From the NCBI GenBank assembly GCA_964016885.1, contig OZ024757.1:17546001-17610000 (forward strand): a DNA stretch of 64,000 nucleotides, given 5' to 3'. The notes beneath the pieces are model-generated. The model did no database searches. It was not told the origin of the DNA and saw only the letters and a list, made by a program, of their open reading frames with translations. This document shows, piece by piece, positions 11,653 through 24,500 of the stretch. The number at the start of each line of letters is the position of its first letter. Within the stretch, counting starts at the first letter, position 1. This DNA is from Eledone cirrhosa. Lineage: Eukaryota. The position numbers were made by a program, and so were the translations under genes.

Positions 11653-13996
11653 ATGGCCTCAACAATGAAGAAAAAATACAGGCAGTACAGCGTTGATTAC
11701 TTACGGTTCGGATTCATGCCATCGCCGTCGAACCACCTGTCACCCGTGTGTTTAATTTGCAAGGAGTCCTTTTTGAATGAGGCGATGAAGCCATCGCGTT
11801 TGAGTGGACACCTGGAGGTGAGGCACCCCGAAAAGAGATATAAAGATTTAGCATACTTTCAGTCTCTTAGGGACCAATCCAGAAAACAACACTAATTTCT
11901 TCTGCCTTTTCAAAAGTTGAAGCTTCAAATGTTGATGGACTTATCGCATCTTACAATATTGCCAACATAATCGCAAAGTGTGGCAAGCCCCATTCCTTCG
12001 GTGAAACATTGGTAGCTCCTGTCATCTCAGAAGTTCTTTCAACAGTACTACATCAGAACCCGTTAAAGACCCTGAAATGTATTCCGTTGAGTAACGACTC
12101 AATAAGGAGACGCATCGATGAAATGGTGGAAAATGTTGAACAAAAATTATGCAACATCTTGAAATCGACACAATTTGCTTTGCAACTTGATGAAAGCACA
12201 CTTTCCGTGAATCAGTCCTTACTACTGGGATATGTGCGATTTGTCCACCAAAACGAAATGCACGAGGAGCTTCTCTTCACTCTGAATCTAGCCACAGATA
12301 CTAAAAGTGCCACCATCTTTGAATCTGTCAAGGGATACCTCTTAACAATATTGTATCGTGCTACGGACAGCGCAAGATCAATAGTCGGCCAACATAAGGG
12401 TTTCGTCTCTCTTCTGAAGAGGGAAAATCAATCTGTATTTGCTGTTCGTTCATTGTGTCATTCATCGACAACACTTGGCTGCGAAGAAACTCAGCGAGCC
12501 GCTGAGCAAGTCTTTGCAGGTAGCCATTGATGTCGTCAATTATATCAAACGCCATGCCCTCAATGAACAAATTTTCCAGCAACTGTGCGAAGATAATGAC
12601 GAAGAATTCGTGGAGTTGCTCCTTCATACTGAAGTGAGGTGGCTTTCAAAGGGCAAGTGCCTTACTCGCTTCTTTGAACTGTTCGACTCTATCATTGAGT
12701 TTCTTCGAGGATGCAACACAGAACTGTATAAAAAAAACCTCGATGTGAGGCAAGACTACGCCTACCTCGCCGACATCTTCGACAAATGCAATAGCCTCAT
12801 TATGGCTTTGCAGGGGAAGAAGATTACCTTGTTTAAAGCAAGGAATGCTGTGAAAATATTCCTGGCCAAACTGAAAGTCATCGAAAGGAATCTTTGTCGA
12901 TGGGAATTCTATAATTTTCCTAGTGTCGCCAATGTTCAAAACATTGTGAGCGATGACCAACTCCAAATTTATACCGCGCACCTCCGTGCACTACAAGACA
13001 ACATGAGAGAACAGTTTGTTGACCTTTTGCAGATGGACATCCCAATGTTGATAGCAGATCCCTTCATAGCTAACGTCGACGATTTTGACGTTAAATTTCA
13101 GGAAGAATTAATTGAACTTCAGACAGATGACATTATCAAAATTAAATTTTCCAAAATAGGTGAACCCCTTTTTTGGATGCAAGAGCAAATTCAGCGTCAA
13201 TTTCCACTTCTACATGCAGAGGCTAAGAGAATTGCTTTGCCTTTTCCTAGCTCATACTTAGTTGAGAGGGGGTTTGGCGTTGTTTCCAGACTGCATAGTA
13301 AGGCTCGCAACCGCTACAATGTGATTGCACGTGGAGATCTCCGGCTACAGCTCACGAAAATTCAGCCTGACGTCAAAGAGTTAGCTAAACTCTATGAAGC
13401 TCAAGGGTCCCATTGATACAAGGTCAAAGTAAGTCTATTTTTTATTTGTAGTTGCAGTCTGACTGGACTGGAAACCATCTACCACAATTCACTTACTCAT
13501 TTGTTGTATATATTTTACCGTTTACTAATGAATATACCCTCTTACGTGGTCATGAAAACCCTCTTGCGTGGTCTCTAAGTTCACAAAGCGGAGGGGACAT
13601 CAAGTTAGATATCAACATTTATTCTGTCCGTTTCATTAAAGGGAAAATTGGAAAGCTTTGAAATAATACAATTGCCACTTTCTTCCAGATAAGAGCACTC
13701 TTTGGATAGACAGAGTTTCTCTTGTATAAATGTTCAAAATAGCTGGTATCGTCTGGTGGGAATATAACAAATTCAACTGATCCTTATTCATAAAAAAGAC
13801 ATTTATGTTCCTTTTTTTGAAATTTATATACTTCCTTTTAAGGAATGGTATCTTTGGAATATTGTTAATCAATTTTTTAGTAATCTACTGATATCAAAAT
13901 CAGTAGTATATTGAAAAATGGAAAAATAGGGTGGGGGGGGGGGTGATTTCGAGGGGCAAAAGGGGGTATTTGGCCGAAATGGGTTGAGAACCCTTG
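11653..13996 (+). mobile_element. hAT Buster/Charlie-like transposon; near-complete transposase pseudogene (11653-13416)
   Basis: BED finger CLIC..HLEVRH, LQLDEST, ATDSA, HCVIHR, EVRWLSKG, SSYLVERGF; stop at 11893 and frameshift near 12430; terminus GGTTGAGAACCCTTG at 13982-13996. Confidence 0.9.
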
Positions 13997-15364
13997 CCCC
14001 ACAAAATCACGAAACACCCCCTACCCTATTTTTCCATTTTTCAATATACTACTGATTTTGATACAAGTAAATTACTGGGCCAAATCAAGTTATGTTAGAA
14101 TCTTTAAAAAAAATACTCGTACAAATTAAATACAAAAAAAGTTTCAGTCCAAAACAAAAGCAAACTGTTTCAAATTATATATTTTTGAAAAATAGATGTG
14201 AATGTTCTCAAAGATTTGATCTCAGTCGAAAAAGCTTTTTTTTTAAATTCTATATTTCACTGTTAGCTGTTGTAATATTTTGAGTGGATAAACAATTCTA
14301 TAATTCAAACTGTAAAGTCAAAATCCAAAAGATATAAAATATGAAAAATTTCTTACCTTTCTCAGAAATCACAAACTCAGGGGAAAAATAGTACCTAGCA
14401 AAATAAAATACTTAGCAACAAATGAATTGAGAAGCTTGGAGACAGTGAGAAAGTAGTATTTGTATCACTTATATATATACATAGATAGATACACAGACAC
14501 ACACAAACACACACGTTTGGGTACAGAAGGAATTTTGTCTAGTTTTTTATTGCCAGGTCAAATGCCACTGCTCTTTTCAACAACGCCAAATAACAACGCT
14601 CCACACACACACACACAAATGAAGAGAGAAAGAAATGTGTGTGTGTTTGGTACAGATCTATATATCTATCTATCTCCAACATGGGGCTCACACATGCGGC
14701 CCGCGAACTACTTATGTGTGGCCCGTGGTAGAACCAATATTTCATATTGCATAACTGGTGAAAATAAGGCGGTGAGCTGGTGGAATCGTTAGCACATCTG
14801 GCGAAATGCTTAACGGTACTTCTTCCGTTTTGAGTTCAAATTCCGCCGATCTCATCTTTGCCTTACATCCTTTTGGGGTCGATGAATTAAGTACCAGTTG
14901 TGTACTAGGATCGATGCAATCGACTGGACCCTAAACCCCAAATTTCATGCCTTGTAGAATAGTAGAAATGATTATAACTGGTGAAAATGTTCACCCACCA
15001 CCACGTTTGGCCCACTGTGCCTCTCCTCCAGGACGTAATAGCCCTTTTGTGTCCTTGAGTTTGAGACCCCTCTTCTACACCACACACACATATATTTTAC
15101 TTTTTTTCTGTCTCTGGACCACGCCCATGCTGGAGCATCACCTTGGTAAGTTATCGGGACGTCAGCAAACCAACAAGCATTGGTGGGAGGGCAAACACAA
15201 ACGCAAAGACACACACAGACATATATACGACAGGCTTCTTTTAGTTTCGATCTATCAAATCGACTCACAGGGCTTTGGTCAGCCCGGGCAGTGGGACTGA
15301 ACCCGGAAATATGTGTTTGGGAAACAAACTTCTTGTCACACTGCATATATATATATATATATGA

Positions 15365-15692
15365 TGGAGTCACATGGCTTAGTGGTTAGAGCATTGGCCT
15401 TGCAATCAAAAGGTTGCGAGTTCAATTCTCAGACCGGGTGATGTGAGACACTTTATTTCACATTGCTCCAGTTTACTCAGCTGTAGAAATGAGATGATAG
15501 GGACTGGGGTCCCTATCATTCCACTGCAAAGTGGTCGTGGAGGTGCCACGGCAAAAAAGCACCCAGCACTCACTGTAAATGAGGTTGGTGTGAGGAAGGG
15601 CATCCAGCTGTAGAAATCAAGCCAGAATCAGTTCCCGTCCCACCCTTGCAAGCAGGGAAAAGCGGACGTAAAATGAAATGATGAAATGATGA
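15365..15692 (+). mobile_element. tRNA-headed SINE with RTE-derived body and tail
   Basis: A box TGGCTTAGTGG, B box GAGTTCAATTC, central ACACTTTATTTCACATTGCTCCAG, 3' end identical to RTE-A (CCCGTCCCACCCTTGCAAGCAGGGAAAAGCGGACGTAAAATGA). Confidence 0.85.
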
Positions 15693-15838
15693 TATATATA
15701 TATATATATATGTGTGTGTGTAATATATATATTATACACACAAACACACATATATACAAATGTATAAATGCATAGCTATATACATAGGTAAATGTATGTA
15801 TGTATATATGTAGATTTATATGTATATAAATATATTTA

Positions 15839-16842
15839 CATGTTATTAAATATGTAAATAAATTTTCTGGAGGTTTAAAGCAAAACAAGGAATTTAATAT
15901 AATTTTATTTTAACAAGGCCCCTTATTTTACTGCAGGAATAACAAAAAAACAAAAAAAAACTACAAACACATTCAACAAAAAAAAAGCAAATTCCTTATT
16001 TTACCCTCAGGAATAACAGAAAAACAACTACTATCACAATCAACAAAAAAAAAAAGCAAATTCCTTGCTTCAAACGAAATACAGTTAGAAACTGTGGATC
16101 CTGAAAGTAAGAATTATCTTGGTCTTTGCTCTCGAAAAACATAGAAATCTCTTCTCTCAATGCATATACTCGTTCTATCATTTTTCCGCGGCTAAGCCAT
16201 CGAACATTTGAAAAATATGTAAGGTCGCCATACTCTACTTCAATTTGTTTTAGAAATTCTTGAAACTGGCAGTGATTTAGTCCTCTTGACAGTATAAAAT
16301 TCACTGTTTTCACGACCCCTGCCATGATGTCCTTAAAATTCAGTGACTTTGCACATAATGCTTCTTGATGAATAATGCAATGAAGTTTGATTAGTTTTTG
16401 ATCAATACCGATGTGGTTTTGGAGCAATGCAACAAACCCCTATTTCTCTCCAACCATTGCTGGTGTTCCATCTGTGATTACTCCAGAAAGCTTTGATAAA
16501 TCCAGATTCATTTCGGTAATTCATTTTATTATGCTTTCCAAAATATCTGCTCCAGTGCTAGTGTCCTTCATAGGAATCAATTGTACAAATTCTTCCACAA
16601 TATCAAATGTTGGTGTTACACCTCTCACAAACACTGCAAGTTGACAAGTATCCTTCATATCTGTGGTTTCATCGATAGCAATGGAATAATACTCCAGATT
16701 ATTAAAAATGCCCTCCAAGCCACTTCTGAGATTTGCTGCAGCTCTTCAATTCGCCTTGTTACTGTTCTTGCCGATAAGCTGATCGCAGAAAATAATTCCC
16801 TGTTTTCTAGACAAACAACATCTGCTACCTTCAACAATAATT
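15839..16842 (-). pseudogene. Duplicate of the SPIN-like hAT transposase fragment
   Basis: ORFs 15996-16427 and 16521-16718 are near-identical to 6201-6587 and 5910-6107 and share the same stops. Confidence 0.9.
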
Positions 16843-17489
16843 TGATCTCAACATTGCCTTTCATCCTTTTGGGGTCAATGAATTAAGTACCAGTTGTGGA
16901 CTAGGATCGATGTAATCGACTGAACCCTAAACTTCATGCTTTGAACCCTAAACTTCATGCTTTGTTCCCTAAATTTCATGCTTTGTTCCTATAGTAGAAA
17001 TGATTATAACTGGTGAAAATCTTCACTCACCACCACGTTTGGCCCACTGTGCCTCTCCTCCAGGACGTACTGGCACTTTTGTGTCCTTGAGTTTGAGACC
17101 CCTCTTCTACACACACACGCACACATATATACTTTACTTTTTTTCTGTCTCTGGACTACGCCCATGCTGGAGCATTACCTTGGTAAGTTATGGGGACGTC
17201 AACAAACCAACAACCCGGAAATATGTGGTCGGGAAGCAAGCTTCTTGTCACACTGCACATATATATGTGTGTGTGTGTGTGTGTATACATTATACACACA
17301 CACATATATATATATATATCCTTACACACTTAAATATAAATGCATGTATATATACAAATGTATAAATGCATAGCTATATACATACGTAAATTCTATTCAA
17401 TTCAATTCAATATATTTTGCAGAAATTAAATTGAATTTACGTATGTATATAGCTATACATTTATATTTAAGTGTGTAAGGATATATATA

Positions 17490-17690
17490 TATGTATATAT
17501 GTATGTAAATTTATTTATATATATATATATATATGTATGTAAATTTATATATATATATGTATGTAAATTTATATATATATATATATGTATGTAAATTTAT
17601 ATATATATATGTATGTAAATTTATATATATATATATATGTAAATTTATATATATATATATATGTAAATTTATATATATATATATATGTAA

Positions 17691-17727
<37 letters not shown>

Positions 17728-17783
17728 AATTTATATATATATATGTATGTAAATTTATATATATATATGTATGTAAATTTATA

Positions 17784-17826
<43 letters not shown>

Positions 17827-17840
17827 TTATATATATATAT
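17490..17840. repeat. Minisatellite GTAAATT(TA)nTGTAT
   Basis: Seen directly; resumes at 18618-18680 and 20663-20790 between LINE insertions. Confidence 0.9.
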
Positions 17841-18617
17841 ACACAATGCAGATCCTGGGTACACAAGAGATGTAGCGGGATAGCAGGCAAACTAACAGGT
17901 AGGGAGAAATATGTATGCAGTAGATGTACAGGGAAATTAGACAGTAGAAGTCGCACTGATAGACACATTTTCAAATGCAAGAGGGCGCTATAGAAGTTGT
18001 GGATAGCTTCCGGTACCTAGGAGATCAGATTAGCATGGGAGGAGGGTGTTCCGAGGCCATAGTATCTAGAATAAGGACGGGTTGGAAAAAGTTTAGGGAG
18101 CTGCTTCCTCTGTTGACGAAGAAGGGTTTCTCCCTGCGTACGAAAGGCCGGTTGTATGATGCCTGTGTGAGGAGCGCGATGCTGCATGGTAGTGAGACAT
18201 GGGCAGCAACTGCAGAGGATATGCGACGGCTGGAGAGAAATGAGGCAAGCATGCTCCGTTGGATGTGCAGTGTAAATGTGCGTGAACGACCCAGCATAAA
18301 TGTGTTGAGAGAGAAACTGTGTCTGAGAGGGATAGAATGTAGTGTATGGGAGAGGAGACTGAGGTGGTATGGACATGTGATGCGTATGGAGGATGACCGA
18401 TGGGTGAAGAAGTGCCAGGAATTTGCCAGTTGAAGGAAGACGTGGTAGAGGTAGACCACGAAAAACATGGGCGGAGGTGGTGAGAACAGACCTCAGATCA
18501 TTGAAGCTCACGGTGGAGATGACGAGGGACCGTGACGAGTGGAGAGATGCTGTGCTGAATAAGACCCGTCCCACCCTTGCAAGCAGGGAAAAGCGGACGT
18601 AAAATGATGATGATGAT
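17841..18617 (+). mobile_element. 5'-truncated RTE LINE, subfamily A
   Basis: FRYLGDQI, LHGSETW, RRLRWYGHVMR; (ATG)n tail; frameshifts. Confidence 0.9.
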
Positions 18618-18680
18618 GTATGTATGTATGTAAATTTATATATATATATATGGATGTATGTATGTATGTATGTAAATTTA

Positions 18681-20665
18681 TAATCAAGGATATGAAGACG
18701 GGTAAGGCGGCTGGGCCTTCGGAAATAGTTGCTGAGATGCTGAAGGCATCTGGCACGGTGGGACACACCATGGTCACCCGCATAGTTAACCAAGTCGTAC
18801 AGAATGGGGTTGTTCCGAAGGACTGGCATAGCAGCATCATCGTTAACTGTTACAAGGGTAAAGGAGACGCCCTAGATAGGAGTAACTATAGAGGCATTAA
18901 ATTAATCGACCAGGTCATGAAGGTCACGAAAAAAGTAATAGCGCAACTAATCAGAGAGAGAATTGACCTAGATGAAATGCAGTTCGGGTTTGTGTCAGGC
19001 AAAAGTACCACAGACGCTCTTTTCATAGTACGACAACTACAGGAGAAGTACCTAGCTAAAGGTAAACCCCTCTACTTAGCTTTTGTCGACTTGGAGAAAG
19101 CCTTCGACATAGTCCCCCGCTCCATTATCTGGTGGGCTCTTAGAAAACTAGGCGTTGACGAATGGCTTGTGAGGGCTATACAAGCCATGTATAAAGAAAC
19201 AGTCAGCAAGGTTAGAATTAACAACGAATATAGTGAAGAGTTTAGCGTAAAAGTTGGCGTCCATCAGGGCTCTGTTCTCAGCCCCCTACTATTTATTATT
19301 GCCCTTCAGGCTATAACAGAGGAGTTCAAGACCGGCTGCCCATGGGAACTATACGCAGACGACCTGACACTCATAGCGGAATCAATGGCCGAGCTAGAGA
19401 AGAAATTCCAAACATGGAAGCACGGCCTAGAGTCAAAAGGACTTAAAATTAACCTGGCTAAGACTAAAGTTCTAGTTTGTAGGAAAGAAAATAAGGCGGC
19501 GGTCCCTTCTGGGAAATGGTCGTGCTCGGTGTGTAGGAAAGCCGTAGGTAGAAACTCCATTTTATGTCCTAAATGCAAAGTATGGGTGCATAAAAGATGT
19601 AGTGGGATCACAGGTAAGCTAACTAAGAACATAGATTTTACATGTGGCCGGTGTTCTGGTGCAATAAGTAGCAGCAAGTGCCCACAAAATACTAGCTCTT
19701 TCAATTGCGCAGAGGGTTCTATAGAAATAGTGGACAGCTTCCGTTACCTGGGCGATAAAATCAGCAGTGGGGGAGGGTGCTCTGAAAGTACAGTAGCTAG
19801 AGTCAGAACCGGTTGGAAAAAGTTCAAAGAGCTTATACCACTATTAGCTGCTAAAGGGTTCTCCCTAAAAATGAAAGGCAGGTTGTACGATGCCTGCATA
19901 CGAACAGCAATGTTGCATGGCAGTGAGACCTGGGCATTGTGTGCAGAGGATATACGCAGACTAGAGAGGAACGAAGCTTGCATGCTCCACTGGATGTGTA
20001 ACAGTAATATACGTGAACGGCAAAGCATAAACGAACTAAGGAAAAAATTAGAGATAAGAGGGATCAGATGTTGTTTACTCGAGAGAAGGCTACGTTGGTA
20101 TGGACACGTGATGCGCATGAAAGTCGATAGCTGTATAACAAAGTGCAGGGCAATAAAGATAGACGGTAGCCACGGAATAGGCAGACCTAGAAAAACCTGG
20201 GACGAGCTGATAAACTCCGACCTCACACACTTACACCTCTCCAAGACAATGTCACTGGACCAAGACCTTTGGCGGTACTCAGTAACAGAGAAGACCCGCC
20301 TTGCCAGTAGGCATCTCTAACAAAATACACCCCGTCCCGCCACCCCATCCACACCACCCCGTTCTATGTAAAGTTATGTTGGTGCCGCGCCATCCAGGCC
20401 GAAACAAATGAGATCGTGTAGGTGTCACGACAAAAAAACACACAGTCCACGCTGTAATGTGGCCGTGTAGGCAACACGGTAAAAACCTCCCAGACCCACA
20501 CTGTAAATGTGGTTGGTGTTAGGAAGGGCATCCAACTGTAAAAAACCTGCCAGACAGTCCTATGCGAGCAAGACAATCACTCTTGCCTCAAGTGGGACTA
20601 CCCCCGTCCAAACCCATGCAAGCGTGGAACACGGACGTTAAACATTGATGATGATGATGATGATA
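18681..20665 (+). mobile_element. 5'-truncated RTE LINE, subfamily B, with open RT frame (to 20320)
   Basis: NYRGIKL, QFGF, FVDLEKAFD, GVHQGSVLSP, YADD, PHD-like insert; ~340-bp 3' UTR, (TGA)n tail, ~30-bp TSD containing TATATGGATGTATG. Confidence 0.92.
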
Positions 20666-20697
20666 TATGGATGTATGTATGTATGTAAATTTATATA

Positions 20698-20740
<43 letters not shown>

Positions 20741-20949
20741 TTATATATATATATAAATATGTATGTAAATTTTTATATATATATATAATAACAATAACGT
20801 CTACACTCGCTCACCACCATCACCACATTACTCATTACTCTATCTAAGGTGGCTGACCTGTTGACACTGCTAACTCTTTTGATGTATGTATGTGTATATA
20901 CATATGTATATGTGTGTGTATATGTATATCTCAGTGGATGCGACCAGAT

Positions 20950-21200
20950 TTCAACACAGCAACAACAACAGCAGCGACACCAACAACAACGACGGCAACA
21001 ACACCATTGTCTGTGTTGAATGTGTGTGTATGTATGTATTTATATAGATGCGACTACAATAACAGCATCAACACCATTGTCTGCAGCAACAGCAGCAGTG
21101 AAATGAAGAACAACAGCAACAACAACAACAGCAGCAACTACAATAACAACTACAGCAACAACAACTGCCACCACCAGCACTGACCATCCACCACCACCAT
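20950..21200. repeat. (CAA/CAG/CAC)n low-complexity tract
   Basis: Seen directly. Confidence 0.8.
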
Positions 21201-21311
21201 TACCAGCTTAAAACAAACAATTATTATTATTATTATATAAAAACTGAACTGGACTGGAAAAAGTCAAGTTGACATGATTTTGATTTGGTATTTGTATCAG
21301 GACTGCCGGTA

Positions 21312-21351
<40 letters not shown>

Positions 21352-21529
21352 TTGTATGCATGAATGAGTGTTGGTATGTGAGTGTGCGTGTTTGTGGTTT
21401 GTATGCATGAGTGTTGGTGTGTGAGTGTCGTGTCATTAAGTGGTTTTTTTTTTTGGTTTTTTTTAATGACCATGCTGTAAAATGGAGGGGTAGAGAGGGC
21501 CCTTGAGTCTAGTAAGACATTCCTCTCTA

Positions 21530-24500
21530 GTGCTGGTGACACAAATAAAAAGCACCCAGTCCATGCTGTAAAGTGGCGCTGGTGTTAGGAAGGGCATCCA
21601 ACCAGTGTATCAATGCTAAAACGCTTATCAGCACAGCAACAAATAGGAACAACAACAAAATATGAAGACGTCGCATCTCAGAGTTGCAACACTTAATGTT
21701 GGCACTCTCAGAGGTAGATTTGCTGAAATAGTGGAGATGCTGGAGAGAAGGCAGGTGGATGTGTGCTACGTGCAAGAGGTGAGATGGAGAGGTGCCTCTG
21801 CGAGACTAGTCGTAGGCAAACGTCTTAGCTATAAGCTATTCTGGGTAGGTAAGGATGATGGGTTAGGGGGAGTAGCCATTTTCCTGGCTGAGAAATGGAT
21901 CAATAAGACAATAGAGGTAGTTCGAGTTCGTAATCGAATAATTAAGCTTAGATTAGTTGTAGGCAGGAGACTACTGACAATCATCTCGGCCTATGCTCCC
22001 CAAGCAGGCCTAGGCAAAGATGAGAAAGACTGCTTTTACGAGCAACTTTTACAAACAACTGCAATGACAGAGGACGGAGACATCGTTATGCTAGCAGGAG
22101 ACTTCAATGGTCATGTTGGACAGCTCCAGGATGGTTACACTGGGGTACATGGTGGGCACGGTTACGGCTCAAGAAATGAAGGAGTGAGACTTCTTGAATT
22201 TTGTGATGCAGGTACATTGACTATTTGCAACACAAACTTCCAGAAACCTGCCAATCACCTAATAACCTACAAATCTGGTGAGTACATAAGCCAGATTGAC
22301 TTCTTACTAGTTAGGCAGCGGGACAGGCAGATAGTGTCTAATACCAAGGCATACCCTGGGGAAGAATGTACCCCACAGCATAGGTTAGTCGTTAGTGATA
22401 TCTCAGTAAGCAAGAGATGGAATGAGACATAAAGGAAGGTGTGGAGAAGAAAGGTCTGGAAGCTAAAAGACCTTTCACTAAAATACAAATTTAGGAAAGC
22501 CCTTCAAGATGTATATGACGAAAAAGAAGACGATTTAGAGACGTATGACATAGATAATAACTGGAATTTCTTACGTGACAACTTGCTGCAGGCTACTGAT
22601 GAAACTTGTGGCTGGAGCAGAGCTCCAACCAGACAGAGAGTGACCTGGTGGTGGAACAGCAGAGTAGATAAGGCCATTAGAGACAAAAGACTAGCATGGA
22701 AGGCTTGGGAAAAGGGTGGGAGTAGGGAAGAATATACAGCCACTAAGAGAGAAGCTAGACATCAGGTGTACTTAGCACGCAGGGCGGTGGAGAGTAGGAG
22801 GTTTGCCAATGTTCTGCGACGGGAAGATCAGAGGCGTGCGGTGTTCCACATTGCAAGGCAGTGTGTCAATGCAAATCAGGATGTTGTTGGAGATAAATGT
22901 GTCCGGGATGATGCCAGTGTACTTAGTGTCACGAATGATCAGAAAAAGGAGGCCTGGAAATGTCATTATGAGAGACCTATGAATGTGGAGAACGAATGGG
23001 AGAGAGAGAAATTACCCTTAGTAGATCCGACAGAGGGACCAGCTATTGAGATTGACGAATATAGGGTCCAAGAGGCGATTAGGGAAATGAAAAATGGTAA
23101 GGCTGCTGGACCATCGGGAATAGTTGCTGAGATGCTGAAGGCATCAGGGGACGTAGGCACTAAACTGGATGCACGCATCATCAATCAGGCTATATATGGT
23201 GGTGTCATACCCAAAGGCTGGTGCAGCAGTATTCTCATAAATTGCTATAAAGGGGATGCTCTGGAGAGGAGCAATTATAGGGGTATAAAACATAGATCAG
23301 GTTATGAAAGTGGCAGAAAGGATATTAGCACAACTAATTAGAGAAAGGGTCAAACTAGATGAGATGCAGTTTGGTTTTGTGCCTGGGAAGAGTACAACAG
23401 ATGCCCTCTTCTTAATGAGACAATTGCAAGAGAGGTTCTTAGAGAAAAATAAGCCACTATACTTAGCCTTTGTTGACCTAGAGAAGGCCTTTGATAGGGT
23501 ACCCCGATCTGTCATCTGGTGGTCCCTAAGAAAGCTTGGTGTTGAGGAATGGCTTGTGAGGACAGTGCAAACTTTGTACAGAGGTACTCTCAGTAAAGTC
23601 AGGGTAGGAATGGAGTTTAGTGAGGAATTCCAGATACAAGTAGGAGTACATCAAGGTTCGGTCCTCAGCCCGCTCTTGTTCATTATAGTCCTCCAAGCCA
23701 TAACAGAGGAGTTTAAGACTGGCTGTCCATGGGAACTTCTCTATGTTGACGATCTGGTTCTTATAGCAGAATCAGTAGAGGAGCTAGAGAATAAATTCTG
23801 GCTATGGAAACAGCAGTTGGAAGCAAGAGGACTGAGAGTGAACCTAGCTAAGACAAAAGTGTTGATGAGTAGAAAAGAGGACATCATCATCATCATCATC
23901 GTTTAACATCCCTGTTCCACGCTTGCATGGGTTTGGACGGGGGTTTTCCCACTTGACGCAAGAGTGGTTGTCTTGCTCGCATAGGACTGTCTGGCGTGTT
24001 TTCTACAGCTGGATGCCCTTCCTAACACCAACCACATTTACAGTGTGGGGCTGGGAGGTTTTTACCGTGTTGCCTACACGGCCACATTACAGCGTGGACT
24101 GTGTGTTTTTTGTCGTGACACCTACACGATCTCATTTGTTTCGGCCTGGATGTTGTGGCACCAACATAACTTTGCATTGAAGGGGGTGGTGGGACGGGGG
24201 TGTATTTTGTTAGAGATGCCTACTGACTAGTAGGTTTTACTTTGTATTTAGGTAAGGCGGGTCTTCTCTGTTACTGAGTACCGCCAAAGGTCTCGGTCCA
24301 GTGACATTGTCTTGGAGAGGTGTAAGTGTGTGAGGTCGGAATTTATCAGCTCGTCCCAGGTTTTCCTGGGTCTGCCTACTCCGTGGCTACCATCTATCTT
24401 TATTGCCCTGCACTTTGTTATACAGCTGTCGTCTTTCATGCGCATCACATGACCATACCAACGTAGCCTTCTCTCGAGTAAACAACATCTGATCCCTCTT

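Larger units (their letters stand above)
14077..17390 (-). repeat. Composite inverted duplication of parts of 5786-9321
   Basis: 14077-15830 is the reverse complement of ~7490-9321; 15839-16842 of 5786-6787; ~16850-17390 of ~7520-8150. Confidence 0.9.

Noticed and set aside
11653-13416. Domesticated ZBED5/SCAND3-like host gene
   Set aside because: In-frame stop, frameshift and a retained transposon terminus indicate a dead transposon.
15370-15440. tRNA gene
   Set aside because: A and B boxes are present, but there is no proper acceptor stem and it continues into a SINE body.
17511-17993. YI/IY/HT-rich ORFs (also 45340-45829, 46561-47068, 63503-63856)
   Set aside because: Translations of TA/CA microsatellites.
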